NCBI GenBank assembly: GCA_965200315.1
Contig: OZ241362.1
Span: 1,120,001-1,184,000, forward strand
Source of the DNA: Candidatus Latescibacterota bacterium
Lineage (GTDB): Bacteria > Latescibacterota > UBA2968 > UBA8231
Reading direction: 5' to 3'
Length of the DNA stretch: 64,000 bases
In this document: in pieces, positions 48,902 to 58,253 of the stretch
Numbering within the stretch: position 1 is the first letter of the stretch
Layout: every line of letters starts with the position of its first letter
Made by a program: the position numbers and the translations under genes
The notes under the pieces: generated by a model
Databases searched by the model: none
Told to the model about the DNA's origin: nothing
Seen by the model: only the letters and a program-made list of their open reading frames with translations

Positions 48902-50577
48902 AGTTCCGCGCTCCGTCCTTTGGCGGGGAAGAGGCCCGTCGGGCGCGATTGCAAGAAGACGATAATCAAGCCCAACAGGATGACCTTGCCGTACACGGCT
49001 TCAAAGAGCGGCTCGAGCATCTTGTTGAAGATGCCGATCCCCAGCCCGGCACTGATCGTGCCTAGCAGCTTGCCGACCCCGCCGGTGACAACCACGAGAA
49101 ACGAATCGACGATATAGGTCTGGCCCATGTTGGGCACGACGTTCCCAATCAGCGTCATCGCCCAACCGGCGACCCCGGCAATCCCCGTACCCAAGGCAAA
49201 GGCCATCGAGTCAATGCGCCGCACGGGTACCCCGACGCAGGCACTCATCGCCCGATTTTGGGTCGTGGCCCGCAGCTTGAGGCCAAAACGCGTACGAAAG
49301 AAAAGCGCCAACAGCATCCCGACGATCGCCGCAGCCAGCGCCATGATGAACATGCGGTTATAGGGCAACACCACCTGAGGAGCCATTTCCCAACCGCCGC
49401 TTAGCAGTTGTGGCAACTTCACAGCCGTCAGATCGCCAAAGACGCTGCGCGCCGCTTGAATCAGCACCAGACTAATGCCCCACGTGGCCAGCAGGCTTTC
49501 GAGGGGGCGGCTGTATAGCCGGCATATAATCGACGCCTCTAGCAGGAACCCAACGCCACCAGCGACTAGGAAGGCAAGCGGGAAGGAGATGGCGAAAAAG
49601 AGGTCGCTGTACTCCGGCGGCAGCACGCCCAAACACAGGTTTTGCACCACAAAAGTGGTATAGGCACCGATCATCATAAACTCGCCGTGCGCCATGTTAA
49701 TCACCCCCATCTGGCCGTAGATAATCGCCAACCCCAGCGACATCAACACCAGAATGGACCCCAAGCTCAGACCAATAAAAATCGTCTGCACCGCCTGCAT
49801 GGACGAACTAAAACGTCGCAAGCTAGTCAGGGCCGCTGCCGCCCGCTCTCGGACTTGAGCGTCTGGTTCGGCAAAAGCCCCAGACTCGTCTGTATTCAAG
49901 AGTTCCTCTAGCACAGGTATGGCCAGCGGACTGCGCAGTTCCTCCAATGCAGCCACCGCCTGCAAGCGCACTTCTGCCTCTGCGTCGGCCAATTGCAGTT
50001 TGGCCAACGACACGCGCTTCAACCGCCGGATCGACCCATCCGCCTCCGCCTCGATGGAGCGGCGCAACGTCGAGATGTCGGCCGCGTTTCCCTTGTTGCC
50101 GATATTTTCAGCGGCAATCCGCCGTTTGTTCGCGGCCGGATGGAAGAGTTCCATCTGCAACAAATAGGGCTGGATCAGGGCCCGGATCTTCCGATTCGTC
50201 TCGACTTCCTCTATATCGTAGAGCGAAATCTTGACCTGCTTACCATCTTCGTCGAGAATGGGCTCTCGCTTGGCGTAGGCTGTAAAGAGCGGCGCGATTG
50301 AATCGCCGTACTCGTCCATTTCCTCGTCGCCGATGAGCACCAAGCCGCTGTGCGCTGCGCGCTCGCTCCAGCGATAGACCGCTCCGCTGAACAGCCCCTG
50401 CATCAATGCGTAATGGGCTTGGTCGTAGCGCGCGGCCAAGTCGGTTACGGCCTGTTGAATCTCCTCGTCGTCGCCGCTGGCCAGCCGCGCAAATTGCTCT
50501 TCGTCCCACGTGTCGGCCCCTGCCGATCCAGCCGCTAAGACCCACACCGCCAGTATTTTTATCACCTGTTGTCCCAT
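48898..50577 (-). CDS. urtB: Urea ABC transporter permease with N-terminal HEAT-like periplasmic domain
   Basis: GVINMAHGEFMMIGAY, LYSRPLESLLATWG, YIVDSFLVVV, GLFPAKGR. Confidence 0.9.
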   Translation of the reverse strand: MGQQVIKILAVWVLAAGSAGADTWDEEQFARLASGDDEEIQQAVTDLAARYDQAHYALMQGLFSGAVYRWSERAAHSGLVLIGDEEMDEYGDSIAPLFTAYAKREPILDEDGKQVKISLYDIEEVETNRKIRALIQPYLLQMELFHPAANKRRIAAENIGNKGNAADISTLRRSIEAEADGSIRRLKRVSLAKLQLADAEAEVRLQAVAALEELRSPLAIPVLEELLNTDESGAFAEPDAQVRERAAAALTSLRRFSSSMQAVQTIFIGLSLGSILVLMSLGLAIIYGQMGVINMAHGEFMMIGAYTTFVVQNLCLGVLPPEYSDLFFAISFPLAFLVAGGVGFLLEASIICRLYSRPLESLLATWGISLVLIQAARSVFGDLTAVKLPQLLSGGWEMAPQVVLPYNRMFIMALAAAIVGMLLALFFRTRFGLKLRATTQNRAMSACVGVPVRRIDSMAFALGTGIAGVAGWAMTLIGNVVPNMGQTYIVDSFLVVVTGGVGKLLGTISAGLGIGIFNKMLEPLFEAVYGKVILLGLIIVFLQSRPTGLFPAKGRSAEL

Positions 50578-50608
50578 TGGCAAAATTGAACTCCGCCCCG
50601 TGAAAAAC

Positions 50609-50691
50609 GGAGCGGAGACGGCCTTGTTACCTTTTACCTTTTACCTTTTACCGTACCAATCGCTAAACAACTAAGCGGCCGTCTCCGCTCC
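50609..50691. repeat. Intercistronic stem-loop: perfect 15-bp inverted repeat enclosing (TTACCTT)3+
   Basis: GGAGCGGAGACGGCC (50609-50623) and GGCCGTCTCCGCTCC (50677-50691); heptamer run 50627-50652. Confidence 0.75.
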
Positions 50692-50697
50692 ACCCAC

Positions 50698-51597
50698 CTA
50701 AAATGTTAGCAGCGACTCTAGGGCAATTTGCGTCACCGCGTCGGCGTCGCCCACTGTGAGCATCTTCACCTCGGCCACCAAGCCCCAGTGGTCCGAAACG
50801 GCGTAACTCGGGGCAATGGTGATCTCGCTCGTTTCGTCGTCCTTGCCGCCACCAATCGGAGTCCACGCGATAGCCGAGTACCGGGCCGTTACGCCGGCCT
50901 GATCGCTCGGGCCGTAATTGACCATCCCGAGATACCCCAACCCCGACTCATACCCAGCCCAATCGCTCATCGAATTCACCTCGGCAGCGACCGTCAACGG
51001 CCCCGTCTCCAACATACCCCAAACGTTGATCAAGGTCTGTTCGTCTTCCTTGGCCAACGCGGCTTTAGCCGTTATCCCTTCCACAGGCATCAGCGCAACC
51101 TGCGCCTCAAACCCTACGTCGCTTTGATCCCCCGAGAGATCGGTTTCCGCGCCGTCCCACACGCTGGAGACCACTGCTCCGTACAGGCCGAACATATCCG
51201 AGCCATAGGAGGCCGCGACCCCGTTCTGATAGCCGCCATAGACCAGCGTAGCCGAGTACGAATACTGATACATGCCGGTGGGTTCGGCCGCTTCAAAGCC
51301 GGTGCAGCTAAGAAACTTGCCCACCGTGAGCGCCAAGCCTTCGCCGGTGTCGTACGCGATGAAGGCTTGCTCTAATTCGACCGGAGCGGTAGGCCCCAAG
51401 GCATTGACATCCGCCCGCACGGAGATCCCTTCCCCGAGATCCGTCGAGACATCCAACTCAAACTGGTCCAGCGACATGCTCGCGTTTCCATCGTCGCTGA
51501 ACAAGCTCATATCGACGAACCCGGAGAATTTGACCTCGGCGGATACCGTCTGGGCGGCAAAAATCGCCAGTGCAAATGCTGCAACTTTCTTGTTCAT
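50698..51597 (-). CDS. Outer-membrane beta-barrel porin
   Basis: Signal peptide, FSGFVD, LEQAFIAY, GKFLSCTGFEAAEP, C-terminal F. Confidence 0.8.
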   Translation of the reverse strand: MNKKVAAFALAIFAAQTVSAEVKFSGFVDMSLFSDDGNASMSLDQFELDVSTDLGEGISVRADVNALGPTAPVELEQAFIAYDTGEGLALTVGKFLSCTGFEAAEPTGMYQYSYSATLVYGGYQNGVAASYGSDMFGLYGAVVSSVWDGAETDLSGDQSDVGFEAQVALMPVEGITAKAALAKEDEQTLINVWGMLETGPLTVAAEVNSMSDWAGYESGLGYLGMVNYGPSDQAGVTARYSAIAWTPIGGGKDDETSEITIAPSYAVSDHWGLVAEVKMLTVGDADAVTQIALESLLTF

Positions 51598-51626
51598 GTT
51601 TGCGTCCTTCTGCGCTAAGTAGAGTA

Positions 51627-52901
51627 TTACTCTAGGGTATAGGTACCCATGTAATTGACGTGGTCGCAGTCCTTGTCGGCGCTGGTGATATCGTCCCACG
51701 GATCCGGGGCTACTAGGCCATCCGATTCATAGACAATTTTGAACTGGCCGTTCTTTTTGATTTCGCCGATATAGACGGGTTTGTGCAGATGGTGATTGCG
51801 CTCGTCCATCATCACTTGGCCGCCCGGCGAGTCAAACGCCAGCCCGTAGAGCGCCGGCCGCACCTTTTCCACGTCAAAGGAACCGGCCTTTTCGACCGCA
51901 CCCTTCCACAGATAGACCCCAGTATAGGCCCAGAGAATCGGATCGTCGGTGACGCGCTTTAAGCCGCCGGGCAAATCGTTGTCCGCGCAGTACTTCTTGA
52001 AGCTCTTGACGAAATCCCGATTTTCCTTGGTGGCGACGGACTGGAAGTAGTTCCAAGCCGCCAGATGACCGACCAAAAACTCGGTATCCATCGCCCGCAG
52101 TTCGTCTTCGGCCACTGAAAAGGCCATGATCGGGCACATTGCCGAAGTCAGCCCCTGATTGGCGAATTCCTTGTAGAAGGGCACGTTGGAATCGCCGTTG
52201 ATCGTGCTCAAGACCGCGGCTTTACCATCGGCGGCGAAATTCTTGATCTTCTGCACGATGGTCTGGTAATCCTGATGGTGGAAGGGCGTGTACTCCTCCA
52301 TGATATTCTCCTCGGGCACCCCTTGGTTGAGGAGATAGGCGCGCAGGATTTTGTTGGCCGTGCGCGGGAATACGTAGTCCGTGCCGAGCAGATAGAATTT
52401 CTCGTACCCGCCGCCTTCTTCGCTCATCAGATACTGGGCGGCTGGGATCAACTGCTGGTTGGGGGTAGCCCCTGTATAAATGATGTTGCGCGAACACTCT
52501 TCGCCCTCGTACTGGACCGGATAGAACAGCAGCCCGGCGTTTTCCTCAAAAACCGGCAACACCGATTTGCGCGACACCGAAGTCCAGCATCCGAAGACGG
52601 ACGCCACCTCGTGCTCTAGCAACAACTCTTTGGACTTTTCGGCGAACAGGTCCCAGTCGGACGCCGGATCGACGACCACCGGCTCAATTTTGCGGCCCAG
52701 CACACCGCCGTTGGAATTGATTTCTTCAACCGCCATCAGCACGGCGTCGCGCAGCGATACCTCCGAGATAGCCATCGTGCCGCTGAGCGAGTGCAGGACG
52801 CCCACTTTGACTGGCTCCTGCGCCCGGGCGCTTGAATGCATCCCAGCGACGATTAGCCCTAAGGCGACAAACGCAATCCAAAACTTACTTGGTCCTCTCA
52901 T
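51627..52901 (-). CDS. urtA: Urea ABC transporter substrate-binding protein
   Basis: VGVLHSLSGTMAISE, FGCWTSVSRKSVLP, YPVQYEG, GTDYVFPRTAN, INGDSN. Confidence 0.95.
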   Translation of the reverse strand: MRGPSKFWIAFVALGLIVAGMHSSARAQEPVKVGVLHSLSGTMAISEVSLRDAVLMAVEEINSNGGVLGRKIEPVVVDPASDWDLFAEKSKELLLEHEVASVFGCWTSVSRKSVLPVFEENAGLLFYPVQYEGEECSRNIIYTGATPNQQLIPAAQYLMSEEGGGYEKFYLLGTDYVFPRTANKILRAYLLNQGVPEENIMEEYTPFHHQDYQTIVQKIKNFAADGKAAVLSTINGDSNVPFYKEFANQGLTSAMCPIMAFSVAEDELRAMDTEFLVGHLAAWNYFQSVATKENRDFVKSFKKYCADNDLPGGLKRVTDDPILWAYTGVYLWKGAVEKAGSFDVEKVRPALYGLAFDSPGGQVMMDERNHHLHKPVYIGEIKKNGQFKIVYESDGLVAPDPWDDITSADKDCDHVNYMGTYTLE

Positions 52902-52985
52902 TAATCCCTCCAAAAATTGTAGTGTTAAATGGCCGAGCGACAACGCACTCTAATATTCCGGCTCAGACCGATTTCGCTCTCTCTA

Positions 52986-53003
52986 TGGCAAAAAGGATAC
53001 CAG
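52986..53003 (-). promoter_or_regulatory. Sigma-54 promoter of the urt/ure operon
   Basis: Minus strand CTGGTATCCTTTTTGCCA = TGG-N10-GC, close to consensus. Confidence 0.8.
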
Positions 53004-53326
53004 AACGGCATCCTCAGCATTCCATAGACGGAGCAGGAGGGAACATTTTTGGTACTATCTCTTTATGTCGCAAAGAGATACGCAATTTGTAATTTTGTTA
53101 TTTTTTATTACGTAAATGGAATTTTTGGCCGTTTGGTCGCTTAGTTTTTTGAGCAATAGACGACAGATACGTAATTTTTGAAATTCAAAAACAGACATAT
53201 ATGTCGCTTTAATGCCGCTTTTTGCACCTCACTGCGGGGCAAAATCCATGCTTCGCGGCACTTTGCGGCTAGGAAGAACAGCCGGAAAATACAATTATGT
53301 AATTTTTGAATTTGCGGCCGAAGAGA

Positions 53327-54172
53327 TCAATACTTTCGGCGCAGTGGATTTTCGCCTAGGACTTGGGGCAGAGATACGGCCGTCGCGAGCGCGTGCAAGA
53401 CTTCCGCTAGATCGCCATTGGTTCGCCCCAAGGCGCGGAGCGCGAGGACGCCGGGACGAGGTTCGGCGAGCGAAACCAACGTTGCCTTGCTCGTCGTCCC
53501 GCACGTCCGCTGGTCAGTAAGCAGCGGCGCTAAGGCACAGCGCAGCACTTCCTCAACGGCAGAGCGCACTGGAGCGCCGACGATAAAGGCATTGGCGAAT
53601 GCCGAGTATGGGCCAAAAGCCCCAACGCGGTCGGGGGCCTGCTGCTTGGGCTGCAAACGCAAGCGTTCGGCCAATACCAGTTCGCCTTCCGAGTAGATGG
53701 ATATATTAGATGTATAAGAGCTGTAGTGGAACTGCTCGCCGCGTGCGCCGCGGCCTGCGGTGCCTCCGTCGAGCAAGACCAGCGAGGCACCCGCCCTTAG
53801 ATGCCAGACCTGTTCCTGCACAAAGGCGCTGTCGGCATAGGGCACCACCGGATCGGGCAGCGATACGACGCAAGCACCTGCTTCGATGTGCCCGGCTAGC
53901 TCTTGACGTGCGACCTTACCGCCGGTGGTCTTGTACACTTTGGTAAAGGACTGCGTGCCCAAAAAGAGCTTGGCCGACCGACCGCAGCGCACGCGCAGCC
54001 GAGCGCAATCGCCGGCGACCAAACCGCCGCCATAGCTCGAAAGCACGGCCGTGCTGTAATCGGCCTCAACCTTGGGGCTGAGGATTTTCAACGGCGCGAC
54101 GGCCAAGCAGGATGTCAACCGCGACCTTCCCCCAACGCGGCTCACTTCGACGATGGACCAACCCTCGTCCAT
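53327..54172 (-). CDS. ureD: Urease accessory protein UreD
   Basis: APLKILSP, SYGGGLVAGD, GTQSFTKVYK, PDPVVPYADS, GRGARGEQF, NPLRRKY. Confidence 0.88.
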   Translation of the reverse strand: MDEGWSIVEVSRVGGRSRLTSCLAVAPLKILSPKVEADYSTAVLSSYGGGLVAGDCARLRVRCGRSAKLFLGTQSFTKVYKTTGGKVARQELAGHIEAGACVVSLPDPVVPYADSAFVQEQVWHLRAGASLVLLDGGTAGRGARGEQFHYSSYTSNISIYSEGELVLAERLRLQPKQQAPDRVGAFGPYSAFANAFIVGAPVRSAVEEVLRCALAPLLTDQRTCGTTSKATLVSLAEPRPGVLALRALGRTNGDLAEVLHALATAVSLPQVLGENPLRRKY

Positions 54173-54173
54173 G

Positions 54174-54950
54174 CTAAAAGACCGGCGCTAACCAACCCCC
54201 ATCAACGGGCAACGCCGTCCCGGTAATCCACTCCGCGTCATTCGAGGCAAAAAACACCACCGCCCGCCCAATATCCCGCGGCAAGCCCAAGCGCGGCAAA
54301 GGCGTATCCCGCCGACATTGCTCGATAATTTCCGCGGTCAAATAGTCTTGAATCGGCGTTTCGATATAGCCGGGGCACACTGCATTGACCGTGACATTGT
54401 CTCCGGCTAGTTCCAACGCCAAATCGCGCGTCAGATTCACCGCCCCGGCCTTTGTCGGCGCATAGGCTGGACCGCCGCCGCCGCCAAAGGCGTGGACCGA
54501 GGCGATGTTGACGATGCGCCCGGCCGCGGATTTTCTCAGATAGGGCGCGGCAAATTTGGTCGCGAGGAAGATCGAGCGCAGGTTGACACCGATGACCCGG
54601 TCCCAATCCTCGACGGACAGTTCTTGGCTGTCCCCCGGTATGATGATCCCGGCGTTGTTGACCAGAATATCCACCCCGCCAAAGCACTCGACGCTGCGGG
54701 CGATTAGGTTTTCCACGGCCTTTTCGTCGGCTACATCGGTCTCGACGAAGAGCGCCTCGCCGCCTTCCCCCGCAATGACCTCGGCCGTGGGCGGCTGTGG
54801 CTCGGTCTCGTGAAACTTGCCGATCTTGGGCGCTTCCTGCCTATCGGCCACTACGACCTTGGCTCCTTCGCAGGCCAGTTCGAGACAAATACCCCGTCCA
54901 ATCCCCGAACTTCCTCCGGTAACAACGGCGATGCGATCCTGTAAACGCAT
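54174..54950 (-). CDS. Short-chain dehydrogenase/reductase
   Basis: TGGSSGIG, NNAG, YAPTK, VCPGYIET, VDGG. Confidence 0.92.
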   Translation of the reverse strand: MRLQDRIAVVTGGSSGIGRGICLELACEGAKVVVADRQEAPKIGKFHETEPQPPTAEVIAGEGGEALFVETDVADEKAVENLIARSVECFGGVDILVNNAGIIIPGDSQELSVEDWDRVIGVNLRSIFLATKFAAPYLRKSAAGRIVNIASVHAFGGGGGPAYAPTKAGAVNLTRDLALELAGDNVTVNAVCPGYIETPIQDYLTAEIIEQCRRDTPLPRLGLPRDIGRAVVFFASNDAEWITGTALPVDGGWLAPVF

Positions 54951-55065
54951 GATTTTCCTCCTGTTTGTCGCACAATCTACGGCGGTCGGAAGGGGGGGAC
55001 AAGACAGCCTCGCCGGTCGATATGGGCCATTTGCAGTAGCGGCCAATGGACTCTAAAATAGTGCC

Positions 55066-55686
55066 ATGCCTGCAAGTCTATTTATTCCAAAGCGCAAAAG
55101 TCTACTCTGCGCGATCGCTTGCTGTCTATGCCTGTCCTTTGGGTCTGCCTCAGCCGACGACTCCATCCGCGTCCAGATCGAAGCGCTGCGCACCGCCAAG
55201 GACAGCCTGCTCAAAAGCGAGGATTCGCCGCTCTTGCCGGCACAGCGCGTCCACTTCAAGCGGCTTGCCTACTATCCCATCGACCTCCGCTATCGCCTGA
55301 GGGGCGAGCTGCATATCTACGGCCGCCAGCGCATCGTCGAAATTCCTAATACCGACGGCACCACCACCGAGTTGGAGCGATTTGGGCGCTTTGTTTCGGC
55401 CTTTGGCGAAAAAGACTTTTGGCTAGAGGTGTACCGCAGCCCGCAAACCGGCGAAACGGAGGTCTTCTTCAAGGATTTGACCAATGGCCACACCACGTAT
55501 GGGGGCGGGCGCTATGCGCGCCTGACCCGGGAGGACGATGGCATGTATATTATTGATTTCAATAACGCTTATAATCCATACTGCGCGTACAATCCCATCT
55601 ATATTTGCCCGCTGCCCCCGCAACAAAACCACCTCGATTTTGCGGTGGAAGCCGGCGAGCTAATGCCCGCTGCCGCTCCTCCCTGA
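55066..55686 (+). CDS. DUF1684 family secreted protein
   Basis: FKDLTNGHTTYGGGRY, IDFNNAYNPYCAYN..CPLPP..N.LDFAVEAGE. Confidence 0.88.
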   Translation: MPASLFIPKRKSLLCAIACCLCLSFGSASADDSIRVQIEALRTAKDSLLKSEDSPLLPAQRVHFKRLAYYPIDLRYRLRGELHIYGRQRIVEIPNTDGTTTELERFGRFVSAFGEKDFWLEVYRSPQTGETEVFFKDLTNGHTTYGGGRYARLTREDDGMYIIDFNNAYNPYCAYNPIYICPLPPQQNHLDFAVEAGELMPAAAPP

Positions 55687-55755
55687 TGCGCCGGGCACGT
55701 TTTTTGCGTATAATTTTCGCCCACTGCAGCGCACCCTCGCCCCCCGCTAACGCGC

Positions 55756-57600
55756 ATGAAAGCATTCCTCACACGACTCGAACAAGCCGCTGATTTGCGC
55801 GAAGTCCAATCGCTCGTTGATCACATTCTCGATGCGGCGCGGTCCGGCGGCAAACCCGAGGAAAAACGCCGTTTCCTCCGTGACTTGCTCTTCAATCGGG
55901 TGCTTTTGTCCCGCTTAGAGACCCCGGCGGCCCTCGACGCGCTTCTCGCGGCAACCACGCCCGACGAGTGGGAAGCCCTCTTCGGCGCTGCGGTCGCCCA
56001 AGAGCTGCCGCAGCTAACCGTCGATCTCGTTGATGGCTTGGTCGATTTCGACCACCGGCAATTGCTGCGGCTTTTGCCCCCCCAATCCTCCAAGGCGCTC
56101 TTGCAGGTTCTCAGACGCCTCAATACCTATTTAGAAGAATGCGATAACTCGGCCCGCTATCTACGCGGCATGCGCACCGCCCGCATCATGGCCGACATCT
56201 ACCGAACGCTCGCTGCCGAGTCGCGGGTCTGGCGGCGAGCGCTGCCGCCCTGCTGCATCGACGGCCAAGCCATCGTCCAGCTCAAAGAGGCCAAGCAAAC
56301 TGACAAACTAGCCGCGGCCTACGAGACGCGGATCAACCAGCTACAGAGCCTTGACCTCCAGCACAGCTTGGCCGCCTTCGGCAGGGGTCGCACCGCTGCG
56401 CCGCGCATGATCAAAGCGGCCCACGACCAAGCCTTTTGCATTCAATCGCCCCTGCGTCTAGGAATCTCCAGCGCCAATGCCTCGGACAATCACCTGCGCA
56501 GCAAGGAACAGGGCGGCAAGACCCTCAACATCGCCGTCAATCTGCAACAAGGCCGGGAAAAGCAGGCCCAACCGCCGCTACAAGTCACCGCGCGGAGGCT
56601 GCCCGAACCCCAACTCATCCTCCGCTCGCGCTCCCAAGGCTTCAAGGCCGACTTTGAGGTGAACAAACAAAGCGCGGCCACAACCGTCAGCGAGCTGTTT
56701 TTTGCCTATCGCCGCAGCGGCGACGAATCGCTGCGGTTGGTCAAGCAAGGGCTGGTCCACGCAGGCATCGTCCGGCCAAACTCCACAGACGTCATCAAAG
56801 ACATCGCCGCCTTTACCGGTGGCGGTGGCCTAGAAATCACTACGAGTAGTAAGGTGTTACAAGGCTCCGGCCTAGGGACCAGCGGCATCTTGTCTGCCGC
56901 CATCCTCAAAATGCTCTACCACCTCTCCGGCCATCCCTACGCCGCCTCTGCGGACGAGTACCCCGGCCTCTACGACCAAAGTCTCATGCTCGAACAGAGC
57001 CTCGGCCTCAACAGCGGTTGGCAGGATGCGCGCGGTGCCAGCGGCGGCCCCTCGGCCATCAAGAACTTTTACGCGCCGCCGACCAATGGCCTGCCCGCGC
57101 CCGAGCGCACGTTCCTCACCGAGGTGGACGAGCGCTTGTTCACCGAGCGGGTCGTGCTCTTCGATACGGGAATATCGCGCTCGGCTACCCGCGGCCTCAA
57201 CGTCGTTCTCGATGCCTATCTGTCGCGCGATCACCAGCGCTATGCCGCCATCCGCGAGTCGCTGGCCATTCACGACGACATGGTAGCTGCGCTGTGTACA
57301 GGCGCATACGCCGATCTCGGGCGGCTAGCCAACCGCTACTGGCAGTTGCGCTGCATCCTCGACCCCCAAGCCACCAACGACGCCCTGCAACACCTTTTTG
57401 AGAATCCGCAGATTACCGACCTGACCGAGGGCGGGCTTCTCACCGGAGCTGGCGGCGGCGGCTTTGCCCTCCTCATTGCCGCCGAGGGGCAAGCCGCCGA
57501 GCTGCGCACTAGGCTCGTCAAGCTGCGCCAACACGCGGCTTTTGCCAACAGCAGGGTGGTCTTCTATCAGCTCAATGCCCAAGGCATCCATCTCGCGTGA
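55756..57600 (+). CDS. GHMP-kinase (fucokinase-like) protein with N-terminal helical domain
   Basis: QGSGLGTSGIL, EQSLGLNSGWQD, TGAGGGGF. Confidence 0.75.
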   Translation: MKAFLTRLEQAADLREVQSLVDHILDAARSGGKPEEKRRFLRDLLFNRVLLSRLETPAALDALLAATTPDEWEALFGAAVAQELPQLTVDLVDGLVDFDHRQLLRLLPPQSSKALLQVLRRLNTYLEECDNSARYLRGMRTARIMADIYRTLAAESRVWRRALPPCCIDGQAIVQLKEAKQTDKLAAAYETRINQLQSLDLQHSLAAFGRGRTAAPRMIKAAHDQAFCIQSPLRLGISSANASDNHLRSKEQGGKTLNIAVNLQQGREKQAQPPLQVTARRLPEPQLILRSRSQGFKADFEVNKQSAATTVSELFFAYRRSGDESLRLVKQGLVHAGIVRPNSTDVIKDIAAFTGGGGLEITTSSKVLQGSGLGTSGILSAAILKMLYHLSGHPYAASADEYPGLYDQSLMLEQSLGLNSGWQDARGASGGPSAIKNFYAPPTNGLPAPERTFLTEVDERLFTERVVLFDTGISRSATRGLNVVLDAYLSRDHQRYAAIRESLAIHDDMVAALCTGAYADLGRLANRYWQLRCILDPQATNDALQHLFENPQITDLTEGGLLTGAGGGGFALLIAAEGQAAELRTRLVKLRQHAAFANSRVVFYQLNAQGIHLA

Positions 57601-58253
57601 GGACGGCAACGGTGGCTACCAAGAGAGAGCACTTGCTCATAGACGGCTACAACCTCATCAAAGTGAGCCAGCTTTTCCAAGCCCGCGGCGACTCGCTAAA
57701 ACGAGCGCGTAACCGCTTGGAGCAAGCACTCGCCGCCTATGGTCGCCGCACCAACAAGCACATTGCGCTGTACTACGACGGCACCGGCGCAGTGCCGAGC
57801 ACTGCCAGCGCAAGCAGCCCGTATGTCACCATAGAATTCTCGCGCTACCCTGAGCAGGCCGACGACCTGATCGCGCAGGCGGTCGAAAAAAAGCACGGTG
57901 CCAAGTGGCTGCGGGTCATCAGCTCGGACCGCGCCGTCCAGCGCTGCGCCGCGCGCCACAAGATCCGCTCAACCTGTTCTGAGGATTTTCTCGACGAACT
58001 CACAGGCCCTGTGCAGGAGTCGAGCGAACCCACACCTGCGCCCGCCCGCGACGGCACCGAATCCCACCCGCCGCTCGACCCAAGCGAACTAGACAGCTGG
58101 GAAGCCTTATTTCGCAAGAAAGCTGACGAGGCACCCAATGCGCCCGCACCCGCGCCTGCGCCCACCCGCAACGGCACCGAATCCCACCCGCCGCTCAACC
58201 CCAGCGAATTAGACTGCTGGGAAGCCGTGTTCCGCAAGAAAGCCGACCGCTAG
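57597..58253 (+). CDS. NYN (YacP-like) domain protein with duplicated C-terminal motif
   Basis: LLIDGYNLI, YYDG, ADDLI, VISSDRAVQ. Confidence 0.82.
   Translation: MRTATVATKREHLLIDGYNLIKVSQLFQARGDSLKRARNRLEQALAAYGRRTNKHIALYYDGTGAVPSTASASSPYVTIEFSRYPEQADDLIAQAVEKKHGAKWLRVISSDRAVQRCAARHKIRSTCSEDFLDELTGPVQESSEPTPAPARDGTESHPPLDPSELDSWEALFRKKADEAPNAPAPAPAPTRNGTESHPPLNPSELDCWEAVFRKKADR
58035..58247 (+). repeat. About 93-bp intragenic direct repeat, two copies 120 bp apart
   Basis: PAPARDGTESHPPLDPSELDSWEALFRKKAD and PAPTRNGTESHPPLNPSELDCWEAVFRKKAD. Confidence 0.85.

Noticed and set aside
53212-53520. Short ORFs in the urtA-ureD intergenic region as a hidden ureE or leader peptide
   Set aside because: No UreE motifs or His-rich tail; they overlap ureD or AT-rich regulatory DNA.
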